Part shown: one piece after another, positions 8,353 through 16,659 of the stretch
Numbering within the stretch: position 1 is the stretch's first letter
Layout: every line of letters begins with the position of its first letter
Source of the DNA: an uncultured Gammaproteobacteria bacterium
Lineage (GTDB): Bacteria; Patescibacteriota; Patescibacteriia; UBA10025; JAHIVO01
Direction: 5' to 3'
Length of the DNA: 45,707 bases
NCBI GenBank assembly: GCA_964628855.1
Contig: CAZVMV010000009.1
Location: 1 to 45,707 of the forward strand
Made by a program: the position numbers and the translations under genes
The notes under the pieces: model-generated
Told to the model about the DNA's origin: nothing
What the model saw: only the letters and a program-made list of their open reading frames with translations
Database searches by the model: none

Positions 8353-9324
8353 CTAGCAGGAGAACTGGCGTTTGTATTCCTGCCATCCGTCAGTCAGTCC
8401 AGCGACGATGGCGGAGAAGATTTCGTCACTGTGTAGCAGCGACGGAGTCACGTTCGGCGCAGTCTTGCTCCCATTGAGTATGGACTGGAAGTTGCCTTCG
8501 CACTGGTAGTACCAGTTGAGGAGCATGCCTTCCATACCGAGCTGCTGCCAGTCGGTGACGGGCTGGTCCGGTTTGGTGGCGCGCTGTTCTTCCGAGCGGA
8601 GGATACGCACCACGTTTTCCAGGCTGACACCGCCGAGGGTCCTGTTATTGACGAGAATCTGGATGTGACCATGGAAGTCCCTTTTGACCACTATGTCCGC
8701 ACCTTTGTAGAGCGCGTATTTCGCGGCCTGAAGGTTGTCAGTCATGAGGATGGCGACCTTCATCTCCTTGCCGTTCCGCATGAACGTCGGCCGATCAGCA
8801 TTTGCGAATGCTTTCGACCCGTTGACGTGGAAATCGTACTGGACTTTCCATAGGGCTTCGACCAGGTCGAGTGCGCTGCTGACCGCGGACAACTGGTCAT
8901 CGCCGTACTTGAAATAGAGGGCACGGATGATGTTGTTGAGGTCGCAAGGCGTTGAGGCGCCATCGCGGTCATTATTCAGCGTGTACTCTATCAGCTGGCG
9001 GAGTTCGGGATTATCGCGTACTCCCAAATACTTCGCCACCAGCGTAGTACAGCACTGGTTACGCTTGACTCCTTTCGGAGACTTGTCATCGAACATTCCC
9101 TGCCCGGTGCCAAGCAACAGGACTCCCATGTCCAGGAGTTTGTCGCCGTCCTCCTGCGTGCCGTTGGCGTCGCCATCGGCGCGGTTAAACTGAATCCTGG
9201 CATTTGTGATGCCAGGGAAAAGCTTCTCACCGTATTTCTGCAGGATGAAAAGCGCGACAATTTCGTCCACGTGGGGCTGGGGGTGGGTCCAAATGTCCGT
9301 GACCCTTTGCGGTTTCCGTTCCAT
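8353..9324 (-). CDS. hypothetical protein, possibly a MYG1/UPF0160-like metal-dependent hydrolase
   Basis: N-terminal WTHPQPHVDEIVALFIL resembles the MYG1 THxGxFHxDE signature (weak). Start reassigned to ATG 9324 (MERKPQ...), which has a strong SD (AAGGAGG) 6 nt upstream. The listed 9342 start contains that SD. Confidence 0.3.
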   Translation of the reverse strand: MERKPQRVTDIWTHPQPHVDEIVALFILQKYGEKLFPGITNARIQFNRADGDANGTQEDGDKLLDMGVLLLGTGQGMFDDKSPKGVKRNQCCTTLVAKYLGVRDNPELRQLIEYTLNNDRDGASTPCDLNNIIRALYFKYGDDQLSAVSSALDLVEALWKVQYDFHVNGSKAFANADRPTFMRNGKEMKVAILMTDNLQAAKYALYKGADIVVKRDFHGHIQILVNNRTLGGVSLENVVRILRSEEQRATKPDQPVTDWQQLGMEGMLLNWYYQCEGNFQSILNGSKTAPNVTPSLLHSDEIFSAIVAGLTDGWQEYKRQFSC

Positions 9325-9580
9325 GATTTCCTCCTTGAGCATTTGATGCCCAGTTGCAATATCTGATTTCCATGATTATTTGCCTGTCAATGATCTGTTG
9401 TTACGCCTGGAGAAATGAAACAAGGTCCTCGTGAAGAGCACCTTTTATTACCTCAGAATTTGGTAATTCTTACTGCTCTCCTTCAGCAGAATTACCGGTT
9501 TAAATTGTAGGTTTATTAGCGTAACCGGCAAGTATAGGATATTATCTCCATTTTGTCAAGAGTTGGTTTGCACAGGTCAA

Positions 9581-9612
9581 AAAAAGCCGTTTTTGATTAA
9601 CGGCCTTTTTTT
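9581..9612. terminator. bidirectional terminator downstream of hpf
   Basis: A5 GCCGTT tttgatt AACGGC C T7. Confidence 0.5.
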
Positions 9613-9626
9613 ATCTTGGGAAAATT

Positions 9627-9947
9627 TTATCGCTTAGTACGGCGCTGGAGAGTCTGGCGTTTGTCCTTGAATTTTTTCACCTGGCTGATGAGTTTCGGGA
9701 CGGTCAGGTCGATGGCTGATTCCATGGTCATTCCTTTTTCTCCGGCCTTGATCGTCTTTCCGCCGAGCAGGACGGACGCTTCCGTGCGGTAAACTAACCC
9801 AGTCCGCTGGTTATGGTCGTGGTCCAGCTCGACTTTCGCAGTCACGTTTGCCGGGATCAATTTATCAAGTTTGCCCATTTTTTTCATGACATAATCTTTG
9901 AGCCATTGGTTGACTTTGAAATTCTTGGCACTGATGGTGAGTTTCAT
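9627..9947 (-). CDS. hpf: ribosome hibernation promoting factor / RaiA family (short form)
   Basis: MKLTISAKNFKVNQWLKDYVMKKMGKLDKL... is the typical sigma-54-modulation/HPF fold sequence, 106 aa. It overlaps the miaA stop by 4 nt. Confidence 0.75.
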   Translation of the reverse strand: MKLTISAKNFKVNQWLKDYVMKKMGKLDKLIPANVTAKVELDHDHNQRTGLVYRTEASVLLGGKTIKAGEKGMTMESAIDLTVPKLISQVKKFKDKRQTLQRRTKR

Positions 9948-10834
9948 TGGTTTAGGTGTTTTTTTATTAAATTCTCCGCTTGTTTTTTTGATGTAATCCA
10001 GTGAATGCGCTTATCCGGCCGGAACCAGGTCATCTGCCGTTTGGCATAATGGTGGATAGCATTTTTTAATTGAACCACCATTTCACGTTTGGTAATTGTA
10101 CCACGGAGGTACAGGCTGACAAAACGGTATTCCAGTCCGACATCGTACAACCGTTGCCAACTGACGCCTTGCTTATGCAATCTGGCCACTTCCTTGACCA
10201 ACCCTTGGTTCAGGCGCCGGTCCAGCCTCAGGTCAATTAGCCGGTACAGTTTTTTCAGTGGGTGGGTTACGCCGATTAGTAATACGTCATAAGGCGATGA
10301 TTTCTTCAACGGCGCGATTTTATTGCCGGTCGACTTGATGATTTCAATGGCGCGGATCAGTCGGTAGGGATTGTGCCGGTCAATGACCCGTGCCCGGCGC
10401 GGATCCAGTTTTTTCAACAGTTTGAAAAGCTGGCCGGACGTTTTCTTTGCCAGTTGTTGGCGGAGCCTTTTATCCGGCTTTACGGCCGGCAGGTCCAAAT
10501 TATCGACGATCGACCGTATCCAAAATCCGGTTCCACCCACGAGGAAGGGAAGCTTGTTTTCAGCGTGGATTTTATTAATTGCCTGGGTGGCCCGCTTTTT
10601 GAAATGTGATACGTTGAATTCGCGATTCGGGTCAGCCACGTCGATGAGATGGTGTTTGACGGATATTTGTTCCTGCCTAGAGGCTTTGCCGGTTCCGATG
10701 TCCATGCCTCGGTAGACCTGCCGTGAGTCAGCGGAAACCACTTCGCCGTTAAATTTTTTTGCCATGGCAATGGACAGGGAAGTCTTACCCGAGGCATTTG
10801 GCCCGACGATGGCGATTAGCGGAGGCTTAATCAT
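9944..10834 (-). CDS. miaA: tRNA dimethylallyltransferase
   Basis: P-loop IAIVGPNASGKTSLSIAMAKKF and ADSRQVYRGMDIGTGK. Start placed at ATG 10834 (MIKPPLIAIVGP...) rather than at the listed 10936 ATG. Confidence 0.88.
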   Translation of the reverse strand: MIKPPLIAIVGPNASGKTSLSIAMAKKFNGEVVSADSRQVYRGMDIGTGKASRQEQISVKHHLIDVADPNREFNVSHFKKRATQAINKIHAENKLPFLVGGTGFWIRSIVDNLDLPAVKPDKRLRQQLAKKTSGQLFKLLKKLDPRRARVIDRHNPYRLIRAIEIIKSTGNKIAPLKKSSPYDVLLIGVTHPLKKLYRLIDLRLDRRLNQGLVKEVARLHKQGVSWQRLYDVGLEYRFVSLYLRGTITKREMVVQLKNAIHHYAKRQMTWFRPDKRIHWITSKKQAENLIKKHLNQ

Positions 10835-10909
10835 TGACAAAGCTGAGTTAAAAGTGTAGGTTTGTATATTAGTATTGTACATCAAAACCATCAATGGAGG
10901 GAGATACAC

Positions 10910-11389
10910 ATGCCTCTCGTATTCGTCTATGAGCAAACAGGTGCGTCCAATATATCGACGTTCCTCGGGGGCATGCCGGCCATCTATACCACAGAACCGT
11001 CAGCCGCCCTTTCGTATTGTTATGCGTCCCATCAGATCGGGATCATCGTCCTGGAAATGGAGCGGTTGCATCCAACACTCACTGACCGAAGTGCCCAGGA
11101 ACTGTTGTTTTTTGATGAGGTTAATCTCATGCATCACGGGGTGCCTCTGGTGATCGTGGCGCCGCATCCGGAGCTTTTTTTGCCGGACCTGAAACGGTTC
11201 AAGTTTGATCGGTTAGTGGATCTCGATTTCATGATGCAGTTCATTGCCAAGAAAAAGGAGCAGGATCCCCACCGATCACTGGGTGAATATGGAGCATTTG
11301 CCATAGGCGTACAAACGCCAATTCATCCAGTCCGTTTCCGCGCTTTGATCGAGGCGATTAGCCAGGATCTCGAGTCGGTTAAAGCTTGA
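10910..11389 (+). CDS. hypothetical protein with a receiver(REC)-like beta-alpha pattern but no obvious phospho-acceptor Asp
   Basis: SD GGAGGGAG 7 nt before ATG 10910 (MPLVFVYEQ...). Alternating hydrophobic beta-strand-like segments (PLVFVY, IGIIVLEM, VPLVIVAP). Confidence 0.45.
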   Translation: MPLVFVYEQTGASNISTFLGGMPAIYTTEPSAALSYCYASHQIGIIVLEMERLHPTLTDRSAQELLFFDEVNLMHHGVPLVIVAPHPELFLPDLKRFKFDRLVDLDFMMQFIAKKKEQDPHRSLGEYGAFAIGVQTPIHPVRFRALIEAISQDLESVKA

Positions 11390-11409
11390 GTTTGGCCGAA
11401 AAGCCATTG

Positions 11410-11446
11410 CCGTCAGCGATAAATTGCTGACGGTATTTTATTTTTG
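11410..11446 (+). terminator. intrinsic terminator
   Basis: CCGTCAGC gataaatt GCTGACGG followed by TATTTTATTTTTG. Confidence 0.7.
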
Positions 11447-11530
11447 TTAATGGGGATTGACATTTTCTCAAATATACGGTATTCTCAAGGGCCAAATTTC
11501 TACTTACGTTCTTTTACAGCGGAGGAGTAT

Positions 11531-12088
11531 ATGGAGAAACTGTTTCTCTCTATTCCCCCCGAATCACGGAAATATGCGGCTAGGGTATTGTTTCCCATCA
11601 TTGTTGCTATGGGCCTGATTCAACTGGAGCTGGTCATTGTCGCGCTGGCGTACAAGGCTAATTTCATTGAATTGGTGCTCGTTTTTTTTGCAGCAATGGC
11701 ATACCGCGCATGGTATGTGCACAGCTGGGTCAAGCTTGAGAAGTGGCTTTTAATTAACGACCGTGAATTTCTTGCCCATTTTGTATTTTTACGGATGCAT
11801 ATTGGCAAGAAGCTTTATCGGTTGCTGCGTTGGATGGGTAAAGTCACCAATCGGCGTCGTCCTACGTTGTTGTATTGGACAGTGCTGTTGTCGTCTGGTT
11901 TTCTGTCCGGATTGACAGGAGTCGGACTGAAATTCGGCATTGCGATGATTGTTGTAAGCCGGAAATCAAAGCCGCTCCAGACTGCAGTACTTCTGGGATT
12001 AGCCACCAATACCTACATATTTCTCCATTTTGGACCAACCTGGCTTCAGGACGTCTGGATCTGGGTTCGTGCTGTTTTGGGTGGGTGA
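11531..12088 (+). CDS. hypothetical integral membrane protein
   Basis: SD GGAGGAG before ATG 11531 (MEKLFLSIPPESRKY...). Several TM helices. The listed 11444 start lies upstream of the SD. Confidence 0.5.
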   Translation: MEKLFLSIPPESRKYAARVLFPIIVAMGLIQLELVIVALAYKANFIELVLVFFAAMAYRAWYVHSWVKLEKWLLINDREFLAHFVFLRMHIGKKLYRLLRWMGKVTNRRRPTLLYWTVLLSSGFLSGLTGVGLKFGIAMIVVSRKSKPLQTAVLLGLATNTYIFLHFGPTWLQDVWIWVRAVLGG

Positions 12089-12120
12089 CCGTCGTGCGTT
12101 TACGTGCGGCGGTTTTTTTT
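12087..12120 (+). terminator. intrinsic terminator (shared 3' end region with convergent miaB)
   Basis: CCGTCGTGCG ttta CGTGCGGCGG followed by T8. Confidence 0.5.
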
Positions 12121-13495
12121 ATGAATTGATTTTTCCGGACAGCCCCCAGGCATCCGCAGCGGTAACTTTTATTTCTGCAAATTGGCCGGTGAAATCCTGG
12201 CCAGTGAAGTGGATTGTCTTGAACGCGCCGGTTTTGCCGGAATTTATTTTTTTATTGGCATCGTATCGGTCGACTAGAGCTATGACAGTTTGGCCGATGT
12301 ATTTTTTATTATTCCTCAGTGCTGTTTTTGTCAGGATTGTGTTAAGGAATCCCTTACGTCTGGTTTTTTCAGTTTTTGGCACGTCATCTTTGAAAAATTT
12401 GGCAGAGGCAGTACCCGGGCGTGACGAGTATTCGGCCAGGTAGGCCATATCGTATTTTACCTGGCGCATGAGACTGGCAGTCTGCAGGAATTGTTTTTTC
12501 GTTTCACCGGGGAAGCCGACGATAATGTCAGTAGTGATGGCCGCAGCTGGCCAGGCACGGCGGATTTTTTTTATCAGGTCCAGATAGTAGGCTCGGCTGT
12601 GCCGACGATTCATGCGGCGAAGTGTTTCGTCATCTCCAGCCTGGATTGGCAGGTGGAAATATGGGGTCATTTTTTTCAGTTTCGGCAGGGTGGCGATCAG
12701 TTCTGGGGAAACATCCTGCGGGTTTGAAGTCAAGAAGCGTATCCAGAAATTACCGGGGATGCTGTTAATTTTTTTCAGCAGCTCGGTGAAATCTTTGGGC
12801 ACCCTGGTCGTTGCGGTCCGCCATTGGATGGGCTGGTTCGGTCGGAACTGCCAAAAATCACGGGAGCGGGTTTTTTTCAATGCTGCGGAATGATATTTTT
12901 CAGGATTGATGTAAGCGTTCACGTTCTGTCCAAGCAAAGTGATTTCCTTGTAGCCTTTCTTCACAAGACTGGTAACTTCCTTGATTATGTCCGCCATAGG
13001 ACGGGAGGCTTCTTCGCCCCTGGTGTAGGGGACGGCGCAGAACGTGCAGTAATTGTTGCAGCCGGTCATGATCGGCACGAATGCCTGGAATGAATTGGCC
13101 GGCGTGTGCGGCATGGCCAGGTAATCTGCATTTGTCACCGGCCATTTGTTTTTTTTGTCCAAACCGAGCTTTTCGGGCAGGAGATTCAGGTCCTTGATCG
13201 GCAGGATCAGGTCAAAACGTGATAAAAGTTTTTCGCGGTCATAAGGCAGTACGCAGCCGGTGAGTACAATTTTTACCCCCCTTTTTTCACGTTTATTTTG
13301 CCATCTGTTCAGGCGGCCGTAAATTCGGTCCATAGCTTTTTGGCGAACGGAGCAGGCGACAATAAAAATTATATTTGCCTCTGCTTCTACTGGAGTCTGG
13401 CGGTAACCGTGGGATTTCATCAGTGACACAAGCCGGTCAGCATCAGAATAATTCATCTGGCAGCCGATGACGATAATGTGGAACTTTTTTTCCAT
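12119..13495 (-). CDS. miaB: MiaB-family radical-SAM methylthiotransferase (likely tRNA-i6A37 methylthiotransferase MiaB)
   Basis: N-terminal MTTase domain (IIVIGCQMNYSD), radical-SAM CNNYCTFCAVPYTRG, C-terminal TRAM-like domain; 458 aa. miaA lies 1.3 kb away. Confidence 0.75.
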   Translation of the reverse strand: MEKKFHIIVIGCQMNYSDADRLVSLMKSHGYRQTPVEAEANIIFIVACSVRQKAMDRIYGRLNRWQNKREKRGVKIVLTGCVLPYDREKLLSRFDLILPIKDLNLLPEKLGLDKKNKWPVTNADYLAMPHTPANSFQAFVPIMTGCNNYCTFCAVPYTRGEEASRPMADIIKEVTSLVKKGYKEITLLGQNVNAYINPEKYHSAALKKTRSRDFWQFRPNQPIQWRTATTRVPKDFTELLKKINSIPGNFWIRFLTSNPQDVSPELIATLPKLKKMTPYFHLPIQAGDDETLRRMNRRHSRAYYLDLIKKIRRAWPAAAITTDIIVGFPGETKKQFLQTASLMRQVKYDMAYLAEYSSRPGTASAKFFKDDVPKTEKTRRKGFLNTILTKTALRNNKKYIGQTVIALVDRYDANKKINSGKTGAFKTIHFTGQDFTGQFAEIKVTAADAWGLSGKINS

Positions 13496-13584
13496 AGTGC
13501 GTATATTGTACGGTTTTATCGCTTTATTTTCAAGCTTATTCGTGCTAAACTACTGGTATTATTAGCAGGAATAAAAAACCCCAT

Positions 13585-13749
13585 ATGGCCGATGACAATG
13601 CCAATCTGCAGACAAACGAGCCGGAAAAAAGCCAGACTGAAGTGACGACTGAGGAAAAGCTTTCTACCGGGACGAAAATCGCCCTTACCGTGATCGTTCT
13701 AGTAACTGTAGGGGCCGGCGTTTACTTGGCGCTAACTTTGTCCAAGTAG
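13585..13749 (+). CDS. small single-pass membrane protein (54 aa), not in the ORF track
   Basis: MADDNANLQTNEPEKSQTEVTTEEKLSTGTKIALTVIVLVTVGAGVYLALTLSK: acidic N-terminal half, one C-terminal TM helix, no SD. Confidence 0.3.
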   Translation: MADDNANLQTNEPEKSQTEVTTEEKLSTGTKIALTVIVLVTVGAGVYLALTLSK

Positions 13750-13869
13750 TAATATTTATTGGCAAAAAATTTCATCGTGGTAGTTGTACACATCGCCAGT
13801 CTTGACGGTTTTTTTGGGTATGTTATACTCTCTTTCCAACCAATCCTGTTGGTACATTGTTTGAAAAGT

Positions 13870-14225
13870 GGGGGTAGGCAACTCGCGGCATGAGCCGATA
13901 CGTACGGCACGCTCTCAGTACCGTTGGTATTGCATCTCGCCGTAGTCCGGCGCCGGTGATGCACGAGCACACCACTCGCGCCGCAGACGCCAGCCGATGT
14001 GTCTGGCCTCGTATGACCTATGTCATATTATATCGACGGCTCACCGTCCCTGCCCCCCACAAATTTAGCCGACGCCCCATAAGGACGTCGGTTTTTTATT
14101 ATTTGACAGATGTCTCAAAACGGCATAAGCTCTGCTTGGAGTCATGGAAGTATAGGGAAGTCGGTGTCCCGGCTTATCAGTCCTGTGGCTACACAGTGCA
14201 TGTAGAATCGGCGGAGTCGTTTGGT
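13870..14225 (+). ncRNA. candidate RNase P RNA (rnpB-like, reduced type A) inside a 0.9-kb ORF-free region
   Basis: RNase P-like elements appear in the correct order: GUAGUCCGGCGCC (P4 5' strand-like, about 13941); CAAAU...CCCCAUAAGGACG (about 14055-14087); GCUCUGCUUGGAGUC (about 14127); GUCCCGGCUUAUCAG (P4 3' strand-like, 14188-14202). Only spurious ORFs overlap. Confidence 0.35.
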
Positions 14226-14337
14226 TGCCGAAGGCAACATGCGTTCTTTCTGCCCGACATATGTAAAAGGAGTTCCTTGTGAGGGGGAATTCCTTATGAC
14301 TGTAAGTTGGTTATCAGTACGGCTGATAACGCTTCTG

Positions 14338-14371
14338 AGCCGATGCTTCGAACATAGCATCGGCTTTTTAT
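14338..14371 (+). terminator. intrinsic terminator-like hairpin within the ORF-free region
   Basis: AGCCGATGCT tcgaacat AGCATCGGCT followed by TTTTTA. Confidence 0.45.
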
Positions 14372-14629
14372 CTATTGACAATAAAAGACGGACAGTTTAA
14401 ACTGGCAGCTGATCAGAAGTGCAGATAAATTTCCTCCCGCCCGTTTAGACGGCGGCTGGTATTGGGAGGCAGCGTTTGGCGCGAAACTCGACAAGGGAGC
14501 GCCCGGCAGGAGCGCGTTTGTACCTTACGGAGTGCCAGGCGAGGCACCACGATGCGGTGTGGGGTGCCTTCGGCCGTAACGGGCTCGTTTACGTCGTCAC
14601 ATCATGAGGGTGAGGCGACGTCCATAGCT

Positions 14630-14672
14630 GGTGCAACATGTGAGTTGTTGCACCAGCGCTTTTTATTTTTTT
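14630..14672. terminator. bidirectional terminator at the thrS 3' end
   Basis: GGTGCAAC atgtgagt GTTGCACC followed by AGCGCTTTTTATTTTTTTT; A/T tracts on both sides; overlaps the thrS stop. Confidence 0.65.
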
Positions 14673-16420
14673 TCGGTAATTTCCGCCTGCAGAAGCTTGA
14701 TGAATTTTTTTAATGCCATTTTCTTTATGTCCTTTTCCCCACGCATCCGGACTGCCAACGATTTGCCCTTGATTTCCTTGTCGCCGACCACAAGCATGTA
14801 TGGCACTTTCTGTTTTTCGGCCTGGCGGATCTTGTAGCCGACCGTGTCGTTGCCGTCGTCCAGATGTGAACGGATGCCCGATGCCAATAATTCCTCGTGC
14901 AGTTTTTGGCCGAAACGCTTATGCGATTTTCCGACCGTTAGGATTTGCACCTGGACAGGCGAAAGCCAGAGCGGAAAGGCGCCGGCGTAATGCTCAATCA
15001 GGAAGGCGATTGTCCTTTCAAAACAACCGATAGAAGCGCGGTGAATGACTACTGGTTCCCGTTCTTTTCCCTGGTTATCCATGTAGGTCAGCTGGAAACG
15101 TTTGGGTAACACGAAATCATATTGTACGGTAAAGGCTGTATCTTCCTGGCCATTCACGCGTTTCATCTGCACGTCTATTTTCGGTCCGTAAAACGCCGCT
15201 TCGCCTGCCGCTTCGTAAAACGGGGCTTTCTGTTTTTTTAGGACGGTGCGTAGGATATTTTCAGCATAGTCCCAGGCCTTGTCATCCTTATAGTATTTCT
15301 TCGTGTCTGTGCGGTCACCCAGCGATAGTCGGTACAGATAATCCTTCCCTTTTTTCAGGCCAAGCTTGCCATTGATAAAATCAATGAGTTTCAGCACTTC
15401 AATAATTTCTTTTTCCGCCTGTTCCGGAGCCAGGAATATGTGGGCATCAGCCAAAGTAAACATGCGGACACGCATCAAGCCGGACAATTCGCCACTTTTT
15501 TCATATCGGAATTGGGAAGCCAGTTCGGCGAACCGGACGGGCAGTTCGCGGTAGCTGCGCGGTTTGGATTTATACAGCATGAAGTGGTGCGGGCAGGTCA
15601 TGGGGCGAAGGATCAGTTCGTCTTCGTCCACCTTCATCACCGGATACATGGTATCTTTGTAGTATGGGTAATGTCCGGAGGTTTTGTATAATTCCGTTTT
15701 AGCCAAAGGTGGGGTGAAAACGTGGAGGTAGCCCCGCTTCAATTCCTCGTCAACGGTGAACCGTTCCAATTCACGCCTGATGATGCTGCCTTTGGGCGTT
15801 AACATGGGCAATCCTTTTCCGACCGGCTCGGCAAATACGAAAAGTTCCAAATCCTGTCCGAGTTTACGGTGGTCCCTTTTCTTGGCCTCTTCTTGCTGTT
15901 TCAGGTAATCGTCCAATTCCTTCTTATCGGTGAAAGCAACACCATAAATGCGCTGGAGCATTTTGTTTTTTTCGTCACCGCGCCAGTATGCCCCGGCGAT
16001 AGAGACCAGTTTGAAGCTGTCGGCGTTAATTTCCTTGCTCGAGGTCACGTGAGGGCCGGCGCAAAGATCCGTGAACTTACCGCTCTGGTAGTAGGTGATC
16101 GGCTGTTTGTTTTTTTCCAGCTCAGCGATGAGCTCCTGTTTATATGGCTGGCCGGCTGAGAGCTGTTTGGCTTCGGCCACGCTTTTTTCCAGCCTAACAA
16201 ACGGGATGTTCTGCCCGATCATTTTTTTCATGCGTTTTTCAATCTGCGGCAAATCCTGCGGTGTCAATGCGCGGGGCAGGTCAAAATCGTAATAAAAGCC
16301 ATTTTCAATAACCGGGCCGATAGCCAGCTTCGCGTCAGGAATTATGTCCAGGACTGCCGTGGCCATCAGATGGGAGAGGGAGTGCCGAATTTTATGGGGC
16401 TGATCGTTAACGTTTGCCAT
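14663..16420 (-). CDS. thrS: threonyl-tRNA synthetase (short N-terminus)
   Basis: ThrS editing/catalytic/anticodon-binding domains (HKIRHSLSHLMATAV..., class II motifs, HRASIGCFERTIAFLIEHYAG); 585 aa. Confidence 0.93.
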   Translation of the reverse strand: MANVNDQPHKIRHSLSHLMATAVLDIIPDAKLAIGPVIENGFYYDFDLPRALTPQDLPQIEKRMKKMIGQNIPFVRLEKSVAEAKQLSAGQPYKQELIAELEKNKQPITYYQSGKFTDLCAGPHVTSSKEINADSFKLVSIAGAYWRGDEKNKMLQRIYGVAFTDKKELDDYLKQQEEAKKRDHRKLGQDLELFVFAEPVGKGLPMLTPKGSIIRRELERFTVDEELKRGYLHVFTPPLAKTELYKTSGHYPYYKDTMYPVMKVDEDELILRPMTCPHHFMLYKSKPRSYRELPVRFAELASQFRYEKSGELSGLMRVRMFTLADAHIFLAPEQAEKEIIEVLKLIDFINGKLGLKKGKDYLYRLSLGDRTDTKKYYKDDKAWDYAENILRTVLKKQKAPFYEAAGEAAFYGPKIDVQMKRVNGQEDTAFTVQYDFVLPKRFQLTYMDNQGKEREPVVIHRASIGCFERTIAFLIEHYAGAFPLWLSPVQVQILTVGKSHKRFGQKLHEELLASGIRSHLDDGNDTVGYKIRQAEKQKVPYMLVVGDKEIKGKSLAVRMRGEKDIKKMALKKFIKLLQAEITEKK

Positions 16421-16655
16421 ATATTATTTTTTTCAATTATTAATAAATAAAATTCCCAAAATCATCTTTGATTTGGGACCCTTTTTGACAGGGTGGTTCC
16501 ACCCGTATTTCCCGTGAGCTACGTACCCATGGGACACTTATTCAATTGGCTCCTGCTTAGGCGCCTTATGGCGCTGCTTTTTAGCAAGGCGGTTGGTATT
16601 CGCCTCAATCGCAAAAAGTACAGTTATCATACTGTACCGCGCACCAATTTGTCAA
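16421..16655 (-). promoter_or_regulatory. thrS promoter plus about 200-nt structured leader with T-box-like element and attenuator hairpin
   Basis: Minus strand carries TTGACA-N18-TATGAT (plus 16626-16655). Leader contains hairpin AGGCG-AAUACCAAC-CGCCU with ACC(A) in the loop. It also contains AAAUACGGGUGGAACCACCC (T-box consensus is GGGUGGNACC). Terminator CCCAAAUCA...UGAUUUUGGG + U-rich precedes the ATG. Confidence 0.4.
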
Positions 16656-16659
16656 CAAT

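Noticed and set aside
13890-14282. 130-aa plus-strand ORF (and 82-aa and 79-aa minus ORFs) in the 13.75-14.66 kb region
   Set aside because: They have no RBS, Arg/Cys/His-rich low-complexity translations and mutual overlap, inside a GC-rich hairpin-dense region that is better explained as structured RNA.
14400-14629. tmRNA or SRP RNA assignment for the second structured element
   Set aside because: There is no GGUUCGAUUCC T-arm/CCA-end or tag-peptide ORF ending in ...AA-stop, and no AGGUCAGGUCCGGAAGGAAGCAGCC-like domain IV motif. Left unassigned.
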